From Lama guanicoe (lineage: Eukaryota): DNA of 64,000 bases. Of this stretch, positions 60,501 through 64,000 are shown piece after piece. The position numbers and the translations under genes are program-made. The stretch is from assembly GCA_013239625.1 (NCBI GenBank), contig MU054323.1:9517186-9581185 (forward strand). Reading direction: 5' to 3'. The number at the start of each line of letters is the position of its first letter. Position 1 is the first letter of the stretch. The notes under the pieces were generated by a model. That model was not told where the DNA came from. It did not search any database and worked only from the letters and a program-made list of their open reading frames with translations.

Positions 60501-62721
60501 AGGACCAGCTCTGGGTCCCAATTCCACCCCACAGCTTTTGATGTTATTTAATGATGCAGTTTCTGGATCCTTATGGTGTGGGCAGTTCTACCTTACATCT
60601 GACCTGAGTCTCTCCTCCCCTTGCTTGGGTTGGATGGAAGGACCATGTAGGTAGGTTGGTTCTGCTCCCAGCCCAGCCTCAAGAGACATCACCCATCCTC
60701 TGGTACAGGTAGTAGCCTTCCAGTTACCGGGGTGGGGAATGTTTGCCTTCTGTTAATGAAAAGAAATAGATGTGATAATAAATAAATGCCCAACCCAGTG
60801 CAGTAATCGATGTCTCTAACAATAAGGCTCTGTGTTTGCTCTCGGCTGTGGGTTATACTCACTGCTCAGGAGCCCCTGGGCACGTCATCCAGGGTGGGGC
60901 CCCAGGCACACTTACCAGGGAGGGAGCTGACCTTCCTGCCGTGAGCTACCAGAATTCAACCCAGGCAGTGAGGCTCCTGCAGACTTGCTTCTCGCTGCCC
61001 CAGACCAGAGTGAGGGAAACACACCAAGCTCCGGGGTTTGTGGGGCAGTGGAAAGGGTGCCCTACACTTTGCCTTAGGAAATGAGTCTGGTCCCAGCTCT
61101 GCCTCTGCTGTCTTGGGTGACCTGAAGCAAACTTGTTTCCCTTTCAGAGCCTCAGTGTCCACATCTGTATAATGGAGTGGGGCAAGGTTTGCATCAAATG
61201 ATCTCTCTTGTTTTTTCCAGCTGTGACATTACGGGACCCTGTAGCCACTGCTCCTCCCAGAGTTGCTCTATGCATGGCTGGGGGTTGGGCTCCTGCAGCT
61301 CTAAGAACCCGAGTTCTTCCTCTGTGGACATCCATTTCTGTCCAGCTTCCCTGAACCCCTCCTTTCTTTCCCACTTTTTCTAGCTTTCATGTATATGGAA
61401 TTCCCGTTTGTGACACACTTCCAGAAACTTTATCACATTTGAGCCTCACCACAACCCAGTACTCACCATGTGTCAGGCCCTTCCCATGTTGTTTCACAGA
61501 ATCTTTCTCATAGCTATAGAAATCCTTTGGGGAATAAGCAGAGGATAAATAAACAGGTGGTAGATGGATATTTAGATTAATGCCTCCATGTATTATCCTC
61601 GCCATGGCCCTGGGGCTCTGGTGATATAATCATCATCACATCACAAGGGAGGACAGAGACTCAGAAGGATTCAGTAACAGCCCAAGGTCGCTTGACCCTC
61701 AGGCAGCGGAGCCAGGCCTGGAACCCAAGCCTCTGTGATCTAAGCCCATGGTCCTTTCTGTGCACTGAGCTGTGCACAAATTGGCACACCCACCCCCCTC
61801 ACTTGGCAGATGAGAGAACTAGGTGTATAGAGATGAAGTGACTTTGTCAAGGTTTGCAGCTCTGAGTAGCAGAGCCAGGACTCAAACCTTGTCTTTTGCC
61901 TACAAACTCAGGGCTGTTTCTGGAAACATCACAGCTGCCTCAAAAGAAAAACCAGTGGAGTCCCTGCCTCCCTCCCCCCTTCCTTTTTTCCCTCCCTCCC
62001 TTGCTTCCCTCCTTCTAGGAACATCCCCTACCTCTTGGATGCTTCCTCGTCTGAGGCAGAAAATCACATGATGTGTTCACTGTGCAGGTAACAGAGCCAC
62101 AGCTCCCTGGGCTCTGTGTGTCTCTAGAGGCATGGGTCCCCATGGCAGCACATGCCCTCAGTGACCCACAGCAGCTGATCCACAGGGGTGTGCTGAACCC
62201 CAGGGGGTTCTCAGTAGGGGGCCCTTCTTGGTCTGTCATACTTGAGGTGTCTGTGAGTCTGTGCAGGTCCACCCTCTCCATGTGAGCACGCCCCCAATGG
62301 TTGGAGTGCTGGGGACGGCCCAGGTGGGAGCATTGACGTGGACTCTGCCCTCCCAGGCTCTGGGCACTCCCACCTGTCTCCTCTCAGTCTCCACTCTGGG
62401 CTCTACCTGCTCCCTTCCACCCTCTACTCTACCCTGCCATTCAGAGTGAGCAGCTTAAGGGCAGCTTTTTTATATTCAGCCCATGATATGTGTTTCTCAA
62501 GTAATGAAAAACAAAAAAACTCCCCTTGGGGATAGTATTCAAAATTGTTTGGAAAACTCAGGCTTAAGGCCATAGCTCATACTGTATCTTCTCCTTCTTC
62601 TAAGAAATTATCGATGAGGAGCCATATATGCTTCTGATTGCTCTCCCTCTCATGTAACTATCACAATATAGATCTCTCTCCGCTCATACATGTGTGTGTG
62701 TGTGTAGGAGTGGTATTTTGG

Positions 62722-62960
62722 GGTAAATTTATTGACATATAAAACATACATCCAGCCAAGTACACAAATTGTATGTACCACTCACTCTGAGTTTTCACAA
62801 AGTGAGCACACCTGTAAGCCTGACCAGCCAAGAAACAGACCTCTGCCCTCATGCGCCTCCAGTCGGCCTGACCTGCAATGACTTCTAATATCATAGATTC
62901 ATTTTGCCTTTTAAAATGTATATATAATGAAACAACACAATAAGTGCCACTTTGTGTCTA
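62722..62960 (-). mobile_element. Old L1M 3' end (host of a nested younger L1; resumes at about 63335)
   Basis: tttattgacatataa...aagtacacaaatt...gagttttcacaaagtgagcacacctgtaa...gacttctaatatcatagatt.attttgcct...ctttgtgtct. Confidence 0.7.
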
Positions 62961-62969
62961 GCATCTTTT

Positions 62970-63325
62970 TTTTCTTTTAAATTGAAGTATAGTTGATTTA
63001 GAATGTTGTGTTATTGTCAGGTATACAGCAAAGTGACTCAAAGATTCTTTTTCAGATTCTTGTCCATTATAGGTTATTATAAGATATTGAATATAGTTTC
63101 CTGTGCTATACAGTAGGACCTTGTTGTTTATCTATTTTAGATATAGCAGTGTGTATATGTTAATCCCAAACTCCTAATTTATCCCTCCAGCCCCTACATT
63201 CCTCTTTGGTAGCCATAGTTTGTTTTCTATGTCTATGAGTCTATTTCTGGTTTGTAAATAAGTTCATTTTTGTTTAGACTCCACATATAAGTGATACATG
63301 TGGAATATATTTGTCTTTCTCTGTG
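62970..63325 (-). mobile_element. 5'-truncated artiodactyl-type L1 3' end with TSD
   Basis: Same subfamily signature as 5342-5804 (attgaagtatagttgattta...ctgtgctatacagtaggaccttgttg...aatcccaaactcc). TSD gcatctttt at 62961-62969 and 63326-63334. Confidence 0.9.
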
Positions 63326-63469
63326 GCATCTTTTGTTCAACAATATATTTGCTAACTTTGCATTTGTGTCTAGTATACATACACACATACACACATATAC
63401 ATATATGTATATACATATTCTAGTGCATATATCCACATACACATACATGAGTGTGAAAAATATAAAATT

Positions 63470-63665
63470 CCTCCCTTTTCTTGCTTAAATATTCTAAATC
63501 AAATCTTATGTCACTTCATCCCTATGTCCTTCAGCGTGCATCTAAAAACTATGACTAGTATCTTACACGAGCACAGGGAATGCCATTCTCCCACCTAACA
63601 AAACAAAACAAAAATCCTGGCCATCATTTACTATCCCATTCATATTAAAAATTCCCAAATTGTGT
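63470..63665 (-). mobile_element. L1MC4/5-like 3' fragment
   Basis: atgtcacttcatccct...cttcagcgtgcatct...ccattctcccacctaacaaaa...ccattcatattaaaaattcccaaattgt. Confidence 0.6.
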
Positions 63666-64000
63666 ATTTATAAGAGAGATTCACAGATACAGGTGTAGCT
63701 CTGACCCTGTCGCTGCTCCTGCCTCCTATCGTGCCTCCTCCAGTTGGTGTGTATTAGCATTGCCTTTGGAATGAAATCCAAACCCCTCCCACATCAGCCA
63801 CGAATCTCCAAGTCTGGCTCAGAACTCACACAATGGTCAGGGTCAGCCGATTCAGACTCCTGTCTGGTTTCTGAATCCCCTTTATAACACCCACCAGGTC
63901 CTGGCCTCTTTTTGAACATCTCCCCCAAACTTCCCATGATATTTACAGGTAGGACTCGCTTCCTTTGGCTGAGGTCATCTCTGCCTGCCCCGCTCCCAGC

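Noticed and set aside
1..64000. CRISPR arrays, operons, rRNA genes or a novel multi-gene system
   Set aside because: Mammalian intronic and intergenic DNA; I saw no regularly spaced repeat-spacer array, rRNA-like segment or intact transposase/retroviral ORF.

Overview
Mammalian genomic DNA, most likely a camelid (alpaca, llama or camel), judged from a Vic-1-type tRNA-derived SINE and artiodactyl-type L1 3' ends. Positions 1-~22.2 kb are the 3' end of BABAM2 (BRE/BRCC45) on the + strand: the distal part of the last intron, the terminal coding exon at 21853-21916 ([21 protein letters not shown], missed by the ORF track because it is spliced), a short 3' UTR and AATAAA at 22157. The intron carries recognisable homologs of two alternative C-terminal exons that I recall from human BRE isoforms. 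One (from 111) has no stop codon here and could act as an in-frame 72-nt cassette; the other (~14.2 kb) is disrupted. The remaining ~42 kb has no recognisable coding exon and is rich in MIR, L2, L1, MaLR/ERVL LTRs and DNA transposons, with CRE/AP-1/ARE motif clusters. By human synteny it should be the interval upstream of FOSL2, which is not itself in the window. Other oddities are an 81-bp local duplication flanking an atypical L1 fragment, a tail-to-tail SINE hairpin and several nested insertions. I see no evidence for a wholly new multi-gene system. Repeat family names and human isoform sequences are from memory, and repeat boundaries are approximate.
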